A stretch of DNA of 30,496 bases from Pseudomonadota bacterium (GCA_043804515.1 JAZDIZ010000086.1:1-30496), one strand, 5' to 3'; counted from the stretch's first letter, positions 9,117-18,220 are shown. Made by a program: numbers and translations. The notes: generated from the sequence alone by a model not told the origin.

Positions 9117-9216
9117 GGAGCGCACTTTATGTCGGTCGGCGACGGGAATTCTACCGAAAACTGGACGCCGAATCTTCAAACCTCATCCCGTCCTCGATCG
9201 GGGCAGGGGGCCACGC

Positions 9217-10104
9217 CTACGGTGAAATCTCTGCGAACAACTCTTCGTAGGCCAGGGCCGCAGCTTCGATGGTCAGGCCCGGCCGGGCGCTCTCGATGCG
9301 ATCGCGGGCTTCTTTCCAGAGGTCCGTGCCCACGGCCTCTTTGAGCCTGCGAACGTCCTGGACAACGGTGTCGTAGCTGTCGGGAGCCCGAAGGAAAAAC
9401 GGATAGTTTTTACCTAAGAGCTCGACACATCCGGGCTCGGCGCCGGTCAGAAAGACCGCCCCTAATGTGGCGGCGTTGGCCAGCTTGATCACCGACTTGT
9501 TGGGGTCGAGGCGCGCCGAAAAATGAGCGTTGTACTTCCGGATTTCCTCGCGCCAGTTGCGGCCGTCGAAAGGCACAACATTCAATTCGGGAATTTCACC
9601 CTTGATGAACACGGAGCTTTCCTTCGATCCGATGTACGCGAGGCGCAGCACGCTCTCCCCCGCGGTATGTGGTTTGAGATGCGGATCCGCGTGATGGTAG
9701 ATGCGTTTCACGACGGCGCCGGCATTGAGGCGGGCCGCAAGCCGATCCCGCATGTCGTCGGTGCCCGCGATAACGACATCCGCATACGCCGGGACTCCGC
9801 GAAGCGTGGTGAAGTCGATGGCGTCGTACACGATACGGTTCTTTCGGTGCCGCACCCAGCCATGGAAAAGAGGGCAACTCTTTACACACACAACGATGCT
9901 GTCGCGAACGTCCGCGAGAGCGAGGCGCGAAGGTCCCACGCGGATCTGTGTGTGATGGCCGCGTCGAGAAAGGGCGTCGGCGATCTGGATTCCGCGCATC
10001 ACGAAAGACGGGCGGTACCGGGAGGCCCAAAAAACGAGGGGATGCCCTGCCTTCGACATTGTGTGAGAGCTAGCAAATAAAGACGGGCGCAGCAAGCTCG
10101 GCAT
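9217..10104 (-). CDS. Hypothetical protein, probable GT-B fold glycosyltransferase-like
   Basis: IVYDAID, LAYIGS and KSVIKLANAATLG resemble divergent GT4-like motifs; downstream of tylF. Start may be ATG 10059. Confidence 0.5.
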   Translation of the reverse strand: MPSLLRPSLFASSHTMSKAGHPLVFWASRYRPSFVMRGIQIADALSRRGHHTQIRVGPSRLALADVRDSIVVCVKSCPLFHGWVRHRKNRIVYDAIDFTTLRGVPAYADVVIAGTDDMRDRLAARLNAGAVVKRIYHHADPHLKPHTAGESVLRLAYIGSKESSVFIKGEIPELNVVPFDGRNWREEIRKYNAHFSARLDPNKSVIKLANAATLGAVFLTGAEPGCVELLGKNYPFFLRAPDSYDTVVQDVRRLKEAVGTDLWKEARDRIESARPGLTIEAAALAYEELFAEISP

Positions 10105-10152
10105 ATCTGGGTTCGTCCCGAAACTTCAAGAGCGTCACTTGCGCTGAACTCG

Positions 10153-10887
10153 TTAGGGTTTGACGGCGAGACAACCCGAATAGTCGATCCGATTCAGAAA
10201 CGGCCTCGGCCGAAGCGTCGCAAAAAATTCGGCCGTGGCTTTTCTGGCTCCACGCCAATGACCGTAATCGTCAACAATGAGAATGCCGCCGCGCGAGAGG
10301 CGGGGATACAGATGCTTCAGTTCATGTTTCGTTGACGCATACCAGTCCGTGTCCAGCCGTAACAAAGCGATTCGTTCGGGTGCCTGGTCGGGGATCGTGA
10401 CCTCGACATCGCCCAGGACGAACCGCATTCGATCCGCAGGATAGCCGGTCGAGGCGAGATTTCTTCGGACCTCTTGAAGAGAGGCGAAGCACTTTGTGGG
10501 CTCGGATTCTTGTGGCGAATCGAGAAGGGTCTCCGCGGACCTGCCGAGCAAATCCACATCTTCGGAGCTGGGAGGTGTCATCCCTTCGAACGTATCGAAG
10601 AGATGGATGTTGCGATCGACGGCGCCAGCCTGCATAAGGCTCAAGGCTATGTTCATGCAGCTCCCGCCCCTCCAAACACCGCACTCGACAAAATCACCCG
10701 GAATCTTTGCGTCGATGACGTAACGAACCGCCCGGTGCAGGGCATACATGCGCTCGTTGGACGTCAACGTGAACGGGCGGCTCTTTTCCAATACATTCAG
10801 AAAGTCAGGATCTTCAAGGACGGGGTCGGGGAGATGAGATTGTTGCTGGCGGGTGGTCTCGAAATCATAAGAATCCGTCGAAGGCAT
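10153..10887 (-). CDS. TylF/MycF/NovP family sugar O-methyltransferase
   Basis: IPGDFVECGVWRGGS, LFDTFEGM, LLRLDTDWYAST, GGILIVDDYG. Confidence 0.92.
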   Translation of the reverse strand: MPSTDSYDFETTRQQQSHLPDPVLEDPDFLNVLEKSRPFTLTSNERMYALHRAVRYVIDAKIPGDFVECGVWRGGSCMNIALSLMQAGAVDRNIHLFDTFEGMTPPSSEDVDLLGRSAETLLDSPQESEPTKCFASLQEVRRNLASTGYPADRMRFVLGDVEVTIPDQAPERIALLRLDTDWYASTKHELKHLYPRLSRGGILIVDDYGHWRGARKATAEFFATLRPRPFLNRIDYSGCLAVKP

Positions 10888-11071
10888 ACCGGCCTCTTAC
10901 AAGATTGCGCCGTCATCCTCAAACAACGCGTAACGTTCTTTTTGAATTCTGCACCACACGTAACTGCCTGAAATTGTGACGCATATTTCACCGCAAATGC
11001 TGAAGGCCCGACCTCCGTCCCTCTATTTCATTCTTGGGAACGTCAAGAATTAACCTTAGAGTTAACGCTCG

Positions 11072-12555
11072 ATGGCTGACAGGCATTCCGGCGGGAACGC
11101 CGCCGCCCGGCACGTGACGCTTGGAAGCGTGTTCCTTCTCTGCGCATCCCTCCTTTGGGGAGCCGTAACGCTTTTCAATGGCCTGGAGCACGTGGGAGGT
11201 GCTTGCACGGACGATTTCGCGCGCGCGTATTTCTCCTCGTTATGGATCGCGAGAAACAATCTGTTCGACTATCCGAACTTTTTGCCGGGGTATCCCTTTC
11301 TTTACGGGATCCTGTTCCGATTGACCGGGCACATTTTTTTCGTGGCGCACGCGCTGACCGCCTTCTTTGCGGCGGGCACGATGTATCTTGCGGGGCTTCT
11401 TGCGATCGAGGCCGGCGGGCGCCGGGCGTCAGCGGCGTTGACGGTGCTCCTTCTGTGCAGCACACCACTCTGGATTTGGTTGAGCTCTTCCATGTTGAGC
11501 GAGCCGATGTTCTATGCGTTCGCCCTGTTGCTCTTGTTGGGCGCCGTGCGTTGGATCCGGACGCAAGCACGCGCATGGATCCTCACGAGTCTTTTGGCGA
11601 GCGTCGCGATGAGCCTGACCCGATACGAAGGATGGCCCCTTAGTGTTCTCCTGGCATTGTTCGTTCTCTACAAAGGAGCCTGGCGTCCGAGGTTCTGGCT
11701 CTACGCCGCGCTCAGTTTGACGCCTATTTTGAGCTGGCTCGTGCTCAATCACGCGTATTTTGGTGACCCGCTCCACTTTCTCAGGACCCAACAAGCTGAG
11801 TCAGTCGTCTATTTCGCGCGGCAATCCGGAGACGCTCTTCCGCCGAACCTGAAGATGCTCGTCCTGTTCTTGGGCCAGTTCGGTTATGTGCTTCCGGCGA
11901 TAGGCCTGGCGTTGTTTTCCAGCAGGGGAGTTCGGTTTCTCGCTCTCTTGAGCCTCTTGGAGTTGGCCCTGACTTTGATGATGCTGTGGAATGTTGTCCC
12001 GACCGCGACCGTTTTTCCGGCTCGCTCGCTGATGTTTGCCGGCTTGTTGGGCATTCTGACGACAAGCGCGGTTATCTCGGAGGCGCTGGGGAAACGTTCG
12101 GGACGCCGGACGGCGTTCGCCGTATTGATCGGCCTGATCGCCATCGGGTGTCTCTGGTCCGGGCGTCGGTTCGACCCGCGGGACTTTGATCCCAAAACCA
12201 TGGACGAAATTCTGCTGCTGAGAAAGTCCCACGAGCTCCGGGAAGCCGTGCGGCGGAGGCCGTTCGCCTGCCAAATCGATACGGATACGTGCACGGCGAT
12301 TCCGGTCGTTTTGGATCAAACCCGGCATGTCATTTCACTTCCGTTTGACGTGAAAACGGGAACCTTCTATGCCCCGTCATGGCTCAGACAGCCTCCGGAG
12401 GTGTTTTTGTGAAGACGCGGGAGCAAACCGAGGCCCTTCTTCGTCAATGGAGAGCGGCGGGAGCGGTTGAAACGAAAGAAATGACGATCGTCACCGCCAA
12501 CAAGGGCGTAGCGTCGGAGCTCCGGGCGATTCTGAAACCGGGCTCTCCGCATTAG
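11072..12555 (+). CDS. GT-C fold membrane glycosyltransferase (ArnT/PMT-like), frameshifted near the 3' end; as sequenced it stops at 12412
   Basis: Multi-TM protein with DD motif (TDDFAR), LSEP and TRYEGW. The frame starting at 12409 continues 48 aa resembling the C-terminus of the adjacent paralog. Confidence 0.7.
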
Positions 12556-12600
12556 CGGTTGTTCATCGAAATGGCGCGTCTTCTCGGATACGCTGGTCCC

Positions 12601-13992
12601 ATGCGCGGTCAGGCCGTCCGGATCCTGGCGGGCCTTGTTTTCTTGGGAGGAGTCGCCGCATACCTCGGGGGAGTCGCTGGGCTCTCTGTAGATGATTTCA
12701 CCCGCCTCTACGTCGCGTTTCGTTGGTCCCGGTCGCCGGCGTTCCTCCAAGTCGCGGCATGGCCGCCTTTGTTCTCGGTCCTGTACGGCACGGCCTTTCG
12801 GTTCTTTGGATTTTCTCTTTTCTTGGCGCATCTTATTACCGCGTTTTGTTCGGCGCTCACGATCATGGCCGCGGCGACACTGGCGCGGGAAATCTCGGGA
12901 GAAAAGCTTTCAGGGGTGTTTGCGGCCTTGTTGGTCGCTCTGGCGCCACTGCCGGCATGGTTGAGTGCCTCCACGCTGAGCGAGCCCCTGGGCTCCGCAC
13001 TCTTTCTCTGGTTTATCGTCTTCGCCTTGCGGTGGGCAAAAGAACCGAGCCGAGGCGCCATGGACGGCGCGCTCCTGTCGGGCCTCCTGTGCACAATGAC
13101 GCGGCTTGAAACTTGGCCATGGGTGATCGCCTTCGGCGCATACGCGGTGTTGCGTAAGCGAGACCGACGGGGGCTCTTCATGGGCCTGGCCTTGTGGATG
13201 TTCCCCCTGATATGGCAGGCCGAAATTTGGTGGCGGTTCGGCCATCCGCTGGCGGAGTTTCGCGCGCATACTGCGGAAACCCTTGAGTATTATGCAGGGA
13301 GTCTCGGATGGCGCTGGATTCCTTTGCGCACCCTTCTCGCGTGTTTCCCCGCAGGCATGGCCTTCCTGGTCGTTCTTTCGGGAGGCCGGAAACATTGGCC
13401 CCGCCACTTGCGCGCCTTCGGCGTCTTCGTGTGGGTCTTTGCCGCAGTGCAGTTGTGGGCGCTCAGGTCGGCCCAGCCCACCGTTTTCCCCGAGCGCACG
13501 GTGATTCTGCCGGGTCTCTTGAGCTTGGTGTCTCTGGCCGCGGGACTCGCCGTTTTCCAACGGCAGGCCGGCGTGCCCGCGATACTCAAGATCTTGGTGA
13601 TTGTCGTTTCGCTTGTTGCGTCGATTCCCGGTTTTTTCCGGCTGCATCTCTCGTACGATCGCGAACTCGTGAATCTGGGTCGGAGACTGGTGACTTCACC
13701 CATATTGGCTCAGGCGCGCGGTGGCATCGGTACGGATATCTCGGAAGGATTCACTACATTGGCCGCCGGCTCAGGCTCTCCCCGGTTGTTCCGACGCATC
13801 TACTTCCGCGATGGGAAGCTCTATCTCCCCGAAGAGGACACCCCTTTGTCTTATCTCCTTGAATCTCGCGAGGCCTTGGCCGCGCTGAAGTCGGTCAACC
13901 CGGCATTTTCCGCCGTTTCCGTGGGACGATTTGAACTGGTTTCTACGCGCCGGGAGGTGGCCGAAGAGTTCGGCCGGAAAAAAGGCCTCTAG
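12601..13992 (+). CDS. GT-C fold membrane glycosyltransferase, paralog of the preceding gene
   Basis: Multi-TM protein with VDDFTR, LSEP, TRLETW and PTVFPER (upstream paralog has ATVFPAR). ATG at 12601 preferred. Confidence 0.72.
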   Translation: MRGQAVRILAGLVFLGGVAAYLGGVAGLSVDDFTRLYVAFRWSRSPAFLQVAAWPPLFSVLYGTAFRFFGFSLFLAHLITAFCSALTIMAAATLAREISGEKLSGVFAALLVALAPLPAWLSASTLSEPLGSALFLWFIVFALRWAKEPSRGAMDGALLSGLLCTMTRLETWPWVIAFGAYAVLRKRDRRGLFMGLALWMFPLIWQAEIWWRFGHPLAEFRAHTAETLEYYAGSLGWRWIPLRTLLACFPAGMAFLVVLSGGRKHWPRHLRAFGVFVWVFAAVQLWALRSAQPTVFPERTVILPGLLSLVSLAAGLAVFQRQAGVPAILKILVIVVSLVASIPGFFRLHLSYDRELVNLGRRLVTSPILAQARGGIGTDISEGFTTLAAGSGSPRLFRRIYFRDGKLYLPEEDTPLSYLLESREALAALKSVNPAFSAVSVGRFELVSTRREVAEEFGRKKGL

Positions 13993-14004
13993 CGGGACCT
14001 GAAT

Positions 14005-14943
14005 TCAGCGATGCGTGTAACGGCGAAGCGTATCCGCGTGCTTGGGGAAGAGCCGGGAAAGATCCTCGAATGTCCCCGCCTCGAAATCCTCGAACTCGAA
14101 ACCGGGCGCCACAGTGCAACCCAATAACGCCCAGTCTCCACCTTCCACCAAACGCGTTCCTTGCCAGGCGCCGGCGGAAACAACGGCCTGAGAAACCTCC
14201 CCGTTCATTACATCGGGGCCAAGCCGGAGGCTCTTCAAAGAACCGGCGGTGTCGATCTGGACCATCTCAACGGTATCGCCCAGATAGAAATGAAAGATTT
14301 CGGCTGATCTCACGCGGTGCAGACTCGAAAACGCCTCGGGTGTGACCAGGTAGTAGATCGACGTCAAGTACGATCGATCGCCGGGGTAATCCGCCAGCGA
14401 ATCGCGTCCGATCTTCCCTTGCGACCTGTAGATCTCGTTATAGAAGCCGCCCTCATTGGGCAACGGCTTGAGGCCCAACAGTTTGACGAGATCCCGGGCG
14501 CTCATGCCTTTCGAGAGACGCGGTTTCTTAAAGGCCCGTTGGAGCGCAAGCGCAAGTCCGTCCAGGTACTCCGGAATGCGATCGAGAGACGAAACCCGCT
14601 CCGTGTGTGCGGGCATCCCGCGCGTCATGACCGGGATCTCATGGTCGGCCTCACAGAGAGCCAGAACGGGCTTTCCGAGGCCGAAGGCAAAGCCCGCTTC
14701 GGCGCAGCAATTGTGCGTCTCATTCCGCCCCACAAAGAGAACGGCGTGCGAATCAACGATGGCTGAAATATTCCGTTGGAAAATTTCATTCGCGGTGCCC
14801 CTCTGGTCGGTATCGCGTTGGGGGAGATACACGCGAAAGCCACGTTTCTCGATCGCGGCGCACAATCTTGGATTGAATGTAAGGTTCCAATCGGTCTTGA
14901 GCGTCGAGATCAGGTAAACAAACTCTTGGGATTTCAGGTTCAT
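14005..14943 (-). CDS. Fusion of nucleoside 2-deoxyribosyltransferase-like domain and DUF985 (Cupin_5) domain
   Basis: N-half: VYL, GFRVYLPQRD, IFQRNISAI, AEAGFAFGLGKPV. C-half: LGLKPLPNEGGFY, TSIYYL, LHRVRSAEIFHFYLGD, GCTVAPGFEFEDF. Confidence 0.8.
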   Translation of the reverse strand: MNLKSQEFVYLISTLKTDWNLTFNPRLCAAIEKRGFRVYLPQRDTDQRGTANEIFQRNISAIVDSHAVLFVGRNETHNCCAEAGFAFGLGKPVLALCEADHEIPVMTRGMPAHTERVSSLDRIPEYLDGLALALQRAFKKPRLSKGMSARDLVKLLGLKPLPNEGGFYNEIYRSQGKIGRDSLADYPGDRSYLTSIYYLVTPEAFSSLHRVRSAEIFHFYLGDTVEMVQIDTAGSLKSLRLGPDVMNGEVSQAVVSAGAWQGTRLVEGGDWALLGCTVAPGFEFEDFEAGTFEDLSRLFPKHADTLRRYTHR

Positions 14944-15044
14944 GCCTGGCCGGCCAGGCTTTTAGCAGAAGAACGGGCGGAAGCAAAATGAATGGCCCCT
15001 TTCTTGCTAGGAATCCAGCTTGAGCAAGCAAGAGAGGACGCGAT

Positions 15045-15461
15045 ATGCGGTGCATCGACGGCGGACTGAAATCCGGACACTTCGAGTTTCAAAACCGGGC
15101 GCTATATCGGGCCGCTCTGGCGTTTTCGAAAGACTCCTCCGCCCTTTGCGGCCGGCTCCCCAGGGACGGGAACAAATCGGCGGTCGAACGGCTCCGGCGT
15201 GTGGGGCAGGACCTTCCGGTGCAAATTGCCGATGGCTATTCGTGCTGTCGATCCGGGGACCGGGAAGAATCCTGGCGCTCGGCTCGGCGGGACGTCTTCC
15301 AATGTGTCGCCGTTGTGGATCTGCTTAGGAACGTGAATCTTATCGGGGACGAGGTTCGCGGGGGGCTGCTCCACGATCTCTGGGAAATGGAGGGAGTGCT
15401 GAATTGTGAGGGAGCCCCTACCGCGGATCGCAAGGGTCAAAAAGAAAGAGCGAGGCTGTAA
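15045..15461 (+). CDS. Divergent four-helix-bundle (IVP-like) protein
   Basis: FEFQNRALYRAALAF, ERLRRVGQDLPVQIADG and ARRDVFQCVAVVDLL follow the family pattern but with several consensus positions changed. Confidence 0.6.
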   Translation: MRCIDGGLKSGHFEFQNRALYRAALAFSKDSSALCGRLPRDGNKSAVERLRRVGQDLPVQIADGYSCCRSGDREESWRSARRDVFQCVAVVDLLRNVNLIGDEVRGGLLHDLWEMEGVLNCEGAPTADRKGQKERARL

Positions 15462-15476
15462 AACAACCCCGCTCTT
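15439..15476 (-). terminator. Intrinsic terminator of the RRM gene
   Basis: Minus strand GAGCGGGGTTGT-TTT-ACAGCCTCGCTC stem (with G-U pairs) followed by TTTCTTTTT. Confidence 0.75.
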
Positions 15477-15500
15477 GTTCTTTCTATTAAAGAGCGCCGA

Positions 15501-15821
15501 TTACCAGCGAGTGGAACCGTTGCCGCGTTCACTCCGGAATCCGCCGCTTCGGCTCGGACCGTCGCTACGGGTTCGCTCCCGAGCTTCGTTGACGGTGAGG
15601 GGGCGTCCTCCGACGTCCTTGCCGTTCAAGGCTTGGATCGCTTTCTGGATGTCTCCCGAACCCGAAAGCTCGGCGAAACCGAATCCGCGCGACCGGCCCG
15701 TTTCCCGATCACGAATGATCTGAACGGACGACACTTCAATCCCGTTGGCCGTGATGAGCGCCTGAAGGGCGGTCTCGTCAAGGTCGAAGGAGCAATTTCC
15801 AATAAACAATTTCTTACTCAT
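15501..15821 (-). CDS. RRM (RNP-1) RNA-binding protein
   Basis: RNP2 KLFIGN, RNP1 SRGFGFAE, GRPLTVNEAR, Gly/Arg-rich tail. Confidence 0.92.
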   Translation of the reverse strand: MSKKLFIGNCSFDLDETALQALITANGIEVSSVQIIRDRETGRSRGFGFAELSGSGDIQKAIQALNGKDVGGRPLTVNEARERTRSDGPSRSGGFRSERGNGSTRW

Positions 15822-16001
15822 TTTCTAATTTCCTAATCCGATTACTTAAAGGTCAATGTTGAGTTTTGGGGCCAGATTAACGACTGAATCGGAGAATGAT
15901 CGATAGGCGGGCTTACAAAACGTTTGCTGGGGAGCATAAGGCCACATTCCCCCGCCGGTGTCAAGTGGGGCGGGCACCGGAGCAGGAAAGAGCCTGAAAC
16001 A

Positions 16002-17939
16002 TCAGCGGGATGCGCTCGCCAGGCCGAACAGGACGTGCAGGGCAAAAACCAAAGAAACCTGGACGTCGCGGAACAAGTTACTCACGACACGGTGGAGCGG
16101 AATCAGAAACCATTTCCGCTCGGTCCAGCGCTGCCGGATGGTTTGCCAGAAAACGTCGAGGTCCCGGCGCGTGTACACCTTGCTCGGAGCCAGGGCCGGA
16201 TACCACTTGGCCCAGAACAATCGGAGCTTGGAGGGAACACGCAATGTCGGGAACTCCAGCTTGGCCCGAAAGTGGGCCAACTGGATATCCGCCACTTTCA
16301 ATCGGCCGCGCGCCGCCGCGCCGAGCCGGTTCACTTCCTCCCCGATCCTTCGCTCCGCCTCGGTGGGTTGGCGGGTCTGTAACCAAAGCTCCTGCATCTC
16401 CCGCGAGACGGCGATCAGGCTGACGCCATAGGCCCACACTTCATGGAGGCGCATTTTGAAGTATTCCCAGCGTCCCAACACCGGATAGCCGGGCCTTCGG
16501 CTTGTGCGGCCTTTCAGCCGAAACAGGCCGCTCATCATCGGATGGCACCCCTCCGTCCGGATGGAATTCCGATACCACATGAAACGCACGAGATTGTTCC
16601 AGTACGTGCGCTTCGAGCTACGCAGCAATACGGCCTTCATGTTTTCGAAGCTGTAAAAAGTGTTCCATGCTTCAACGTAGAGTTTCTTCCAGTCGTCGCC
16701 CGTCAGTGTGGAATGCTCGGTGACCGCGTGGTCGGCATCGTAGAGATTGTAATCGGCGTGCATCCAAGTGCCTTGTTCCGCCATGGCGGCGTGATCTTTC
16801 GAGCCGGGTAAGGGCGTCAGCATGAAGAAGGAGGCGTGATCCGCCTGCACCTGATCCGTCAAGCAGGCCAGGTCCCGGCGAACCGACTCGGGTGTGTCTC
16901 CCGGAAAGCCGATGATGTAACTCACATGAGGGGAAATTTCACGGCTTCGGAAGGCGTCGACGAGCCGGCGATAATCCTCGACGTGGTTCTGGCTCTTTCC
17001 AGCCGATTTGAGGTTGGCGGGGTTTAAGCTCTCCATTCCGATGAATACGTTGCTGCACCCGGCTCTGCGCGCCTTTTCCACAAAGCGCTCGATTTTCCAG
17101 GACAGCGCATCGACCTGCATCATGAATCGGAGAGGGATCCCCTCCTCCCGGAGGCGGGTCAGAGCATCGAAGATCGCCTCCCAGTTCCTGTTGCGGGCGA
17201 AGTTATCGTCGGTGAAAAAATAGAAACTGATGCCGTTTCGTTCGTAAGTCCGGCGTACCGTTTGGGCGATCTGCTCCGCCGACCGGGAGCGTACCCGGCG
17301 GCCTTGTACGTTGATAATGGTGCAAAAGCTGCAATCGAAGGGGCAGCCTCGGCCGCAGTCCAGAGTCCCGAAATTGGAGGCCACGAACTTCCGCAAATAT
17401 TTTTTGCGGATCGCGGGCAAGGGTTTGTCGAGAAGCTCCGGCTTGTGGTCCAGAAAGTCATAGAGAGGCTTGAGCCGGCCCGAAGCGGCGTCGCGCAGCA
17501 ATGCGCTCCACGTTTCTTCGACTTCGCCTTTGACGATGGTTACGCCCGCGTCCAGAAGCCTCGCGATATCGGTCGGAACGGCCCTCGACAGCGCGAGATA
17601 TCCGCTGACATGAAATCCGCCGAGCATCACGGTCAGGCCTTTCTTGCGGAATTCGAGTGCCAAATCGGAGGCGCGCGGAAACTGGTTCGTCTGGACACCG
17701 ACCAGGCAGACAACGGCCCGGGTGTGCCTTCCACGTTGGGAGCGGCAGATCCGTTTCACGAATACCCGATCCACGCTTTCGTCGAGAAGATGGAGCTTGA
17801 TTCGTACGGGGCCCAGCTCCTTCTTGGCTATGACGTCTTCGGTGAGGCCTGCGAGACAAGCCAATGTGTTGCTCGGCAACACGCCGCGCCAGTGGCGAAC
17901 CACATAGCCGTCGTCGTCGTAACGGGAGGGCTTGATCAA
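16002..17939 (-). CDS. Radical SAM protein with B12-binding-like N-terminal domain
   Basis: RGCPFDCSFC (CxxxCxxC), FFTDDNF, VFIGMES, YIIGFPGD, LTPLPGS, N-terminal MLGGFHVSG. True start is probably upstream and non-canonical (see findings). Confidence 0.85.
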   Translation of the reverse strand: MIKPSRYDDDGYVVRHWRGVLPSNTLACLAGLTEDVIAKKELGPVRIKLHLLDESVDRVFVKRICRSQRGRHTRAVVCLVGVQTNQFPRASDLALEFRKKGLTVMLGGFHVSGYLALSRAVPTDIARLLDAGVTIVKGEVEETWSALLRDAASGRLKPLYDFLDHKPELLDKPLPAIRKKYLRKFVASNFGTLDCGRGCPFDCSFCTIINVQGRRVRSRSAEQIAQTVRRTYERNGISFYFFTDDNFARNRNWEAIFDALTRLREEGIPLRFMMQVDALSWKIERFVEKARRAGCSNVFIGMESLNPANLKSAGKSQNHVEDYRRLVDAFRSREISPHVSYIIGFPGDTPESVRRDLACLTDQVQADHASFFMLTPLPGSKDHAAMAEQGTWMHADYNLYDADHAVTEHSTLTGDDWKKLYVEAWNTFYSFENMKAVLLRSSKRTYWNNLVRFMWYRNSIRTEGCHPMMSGLFRLKGRTSRRPGYPVLGRWEYFKMRLHEVWAYGVSLIAVSREMQELWLQTRQPTEAERRIGEEVNRLGAAARGRLKVADIQLAHFRAKLEFPTLRVPSKLRLFWAKWYPALAPSKVYTRRDLDVFWQTIRQRWTERKWFLIPLHRVVSNLFRDVQVSLVFALHVLFGLASASR

Positions 17940-18041
17940 GTAGAGATGCAGTTTCTTGATCTTGGCGGGCTTGGGATGTGGGAAATCGAGAGCGCCGGGC
18001 CGTGTGTCTGATTTGTCTTTCGTAAAGGATCCGCTGGCTGG

Positions 18042-18070
18042 TGTATACGCCCGGGCCGTCCGTTTGTCAG
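18042..18070 (-). promoter_or_regulatory. Possible sigma70 promoter of the radical SAM gene
   Basis: Minus strand CTGACA-N17-TATACA. Confidence 0.4.
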
Positions 18071-18111
18071 GGGGGGGTGAAACGTTTAAGAGTTCAGCCT
18101 TAATAGTTAGA

Positions 18112-18128
18112 TGGCTCCCCGGGACGGA
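18112..18128 (-). mobile_element. att-like duplicate of the tRNA-Asn 3' end (17 bp)
   Basis: TGGCTCCCCGGGACGGA is identical to 19455-19471, in the same orientation. Confidence 0.8.
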
Positions 18129-18187
18129 TAAGTTTAGAAGCGAGCGCGGAATACATGCCTACCCTTGGCGGCCAAAGGCTCGTGCCG

Positions 18188-18220
18188 GTTGACTAATCAG
18201 TTGCCTTATGGTTGACTTAT
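18188..18220 (+). repeat. Three tandem 10-bp direct repeats upstream of fic (putative operator)
   Basis: GTTGACTAAT (18188), GTTGCCTTAT (18200), GTTGACTTAT (18211). Confidence 0.6.

Noticed and set aside
12410..12412. Selenocysteine or stop read-through at the TGA of the first GT-C gene
   Set aside because: The in-frame continuation shows no similarity to the paralog, whereas the shifted frame does.
15154..15169. Possible further att copy GGCTCCCCAGGGACGG
   Set aside because: Needs a 1-nt gap, lacks the terminal T and lies inside a coding region; likely chance in GC-rich DNA.
15045..15461. Diversity-generating retroelement (Avd-like fold)
   Set aside because: No reverse transcriptase and no template/variable repeat pair with adenine-specific mismatches seen in the window.
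15933..15964. TTGACA/TATGCT promoter for the RRM gene
   Set aside because: Spacer is 20 nt, too long for a canonical sigma70 promoter.
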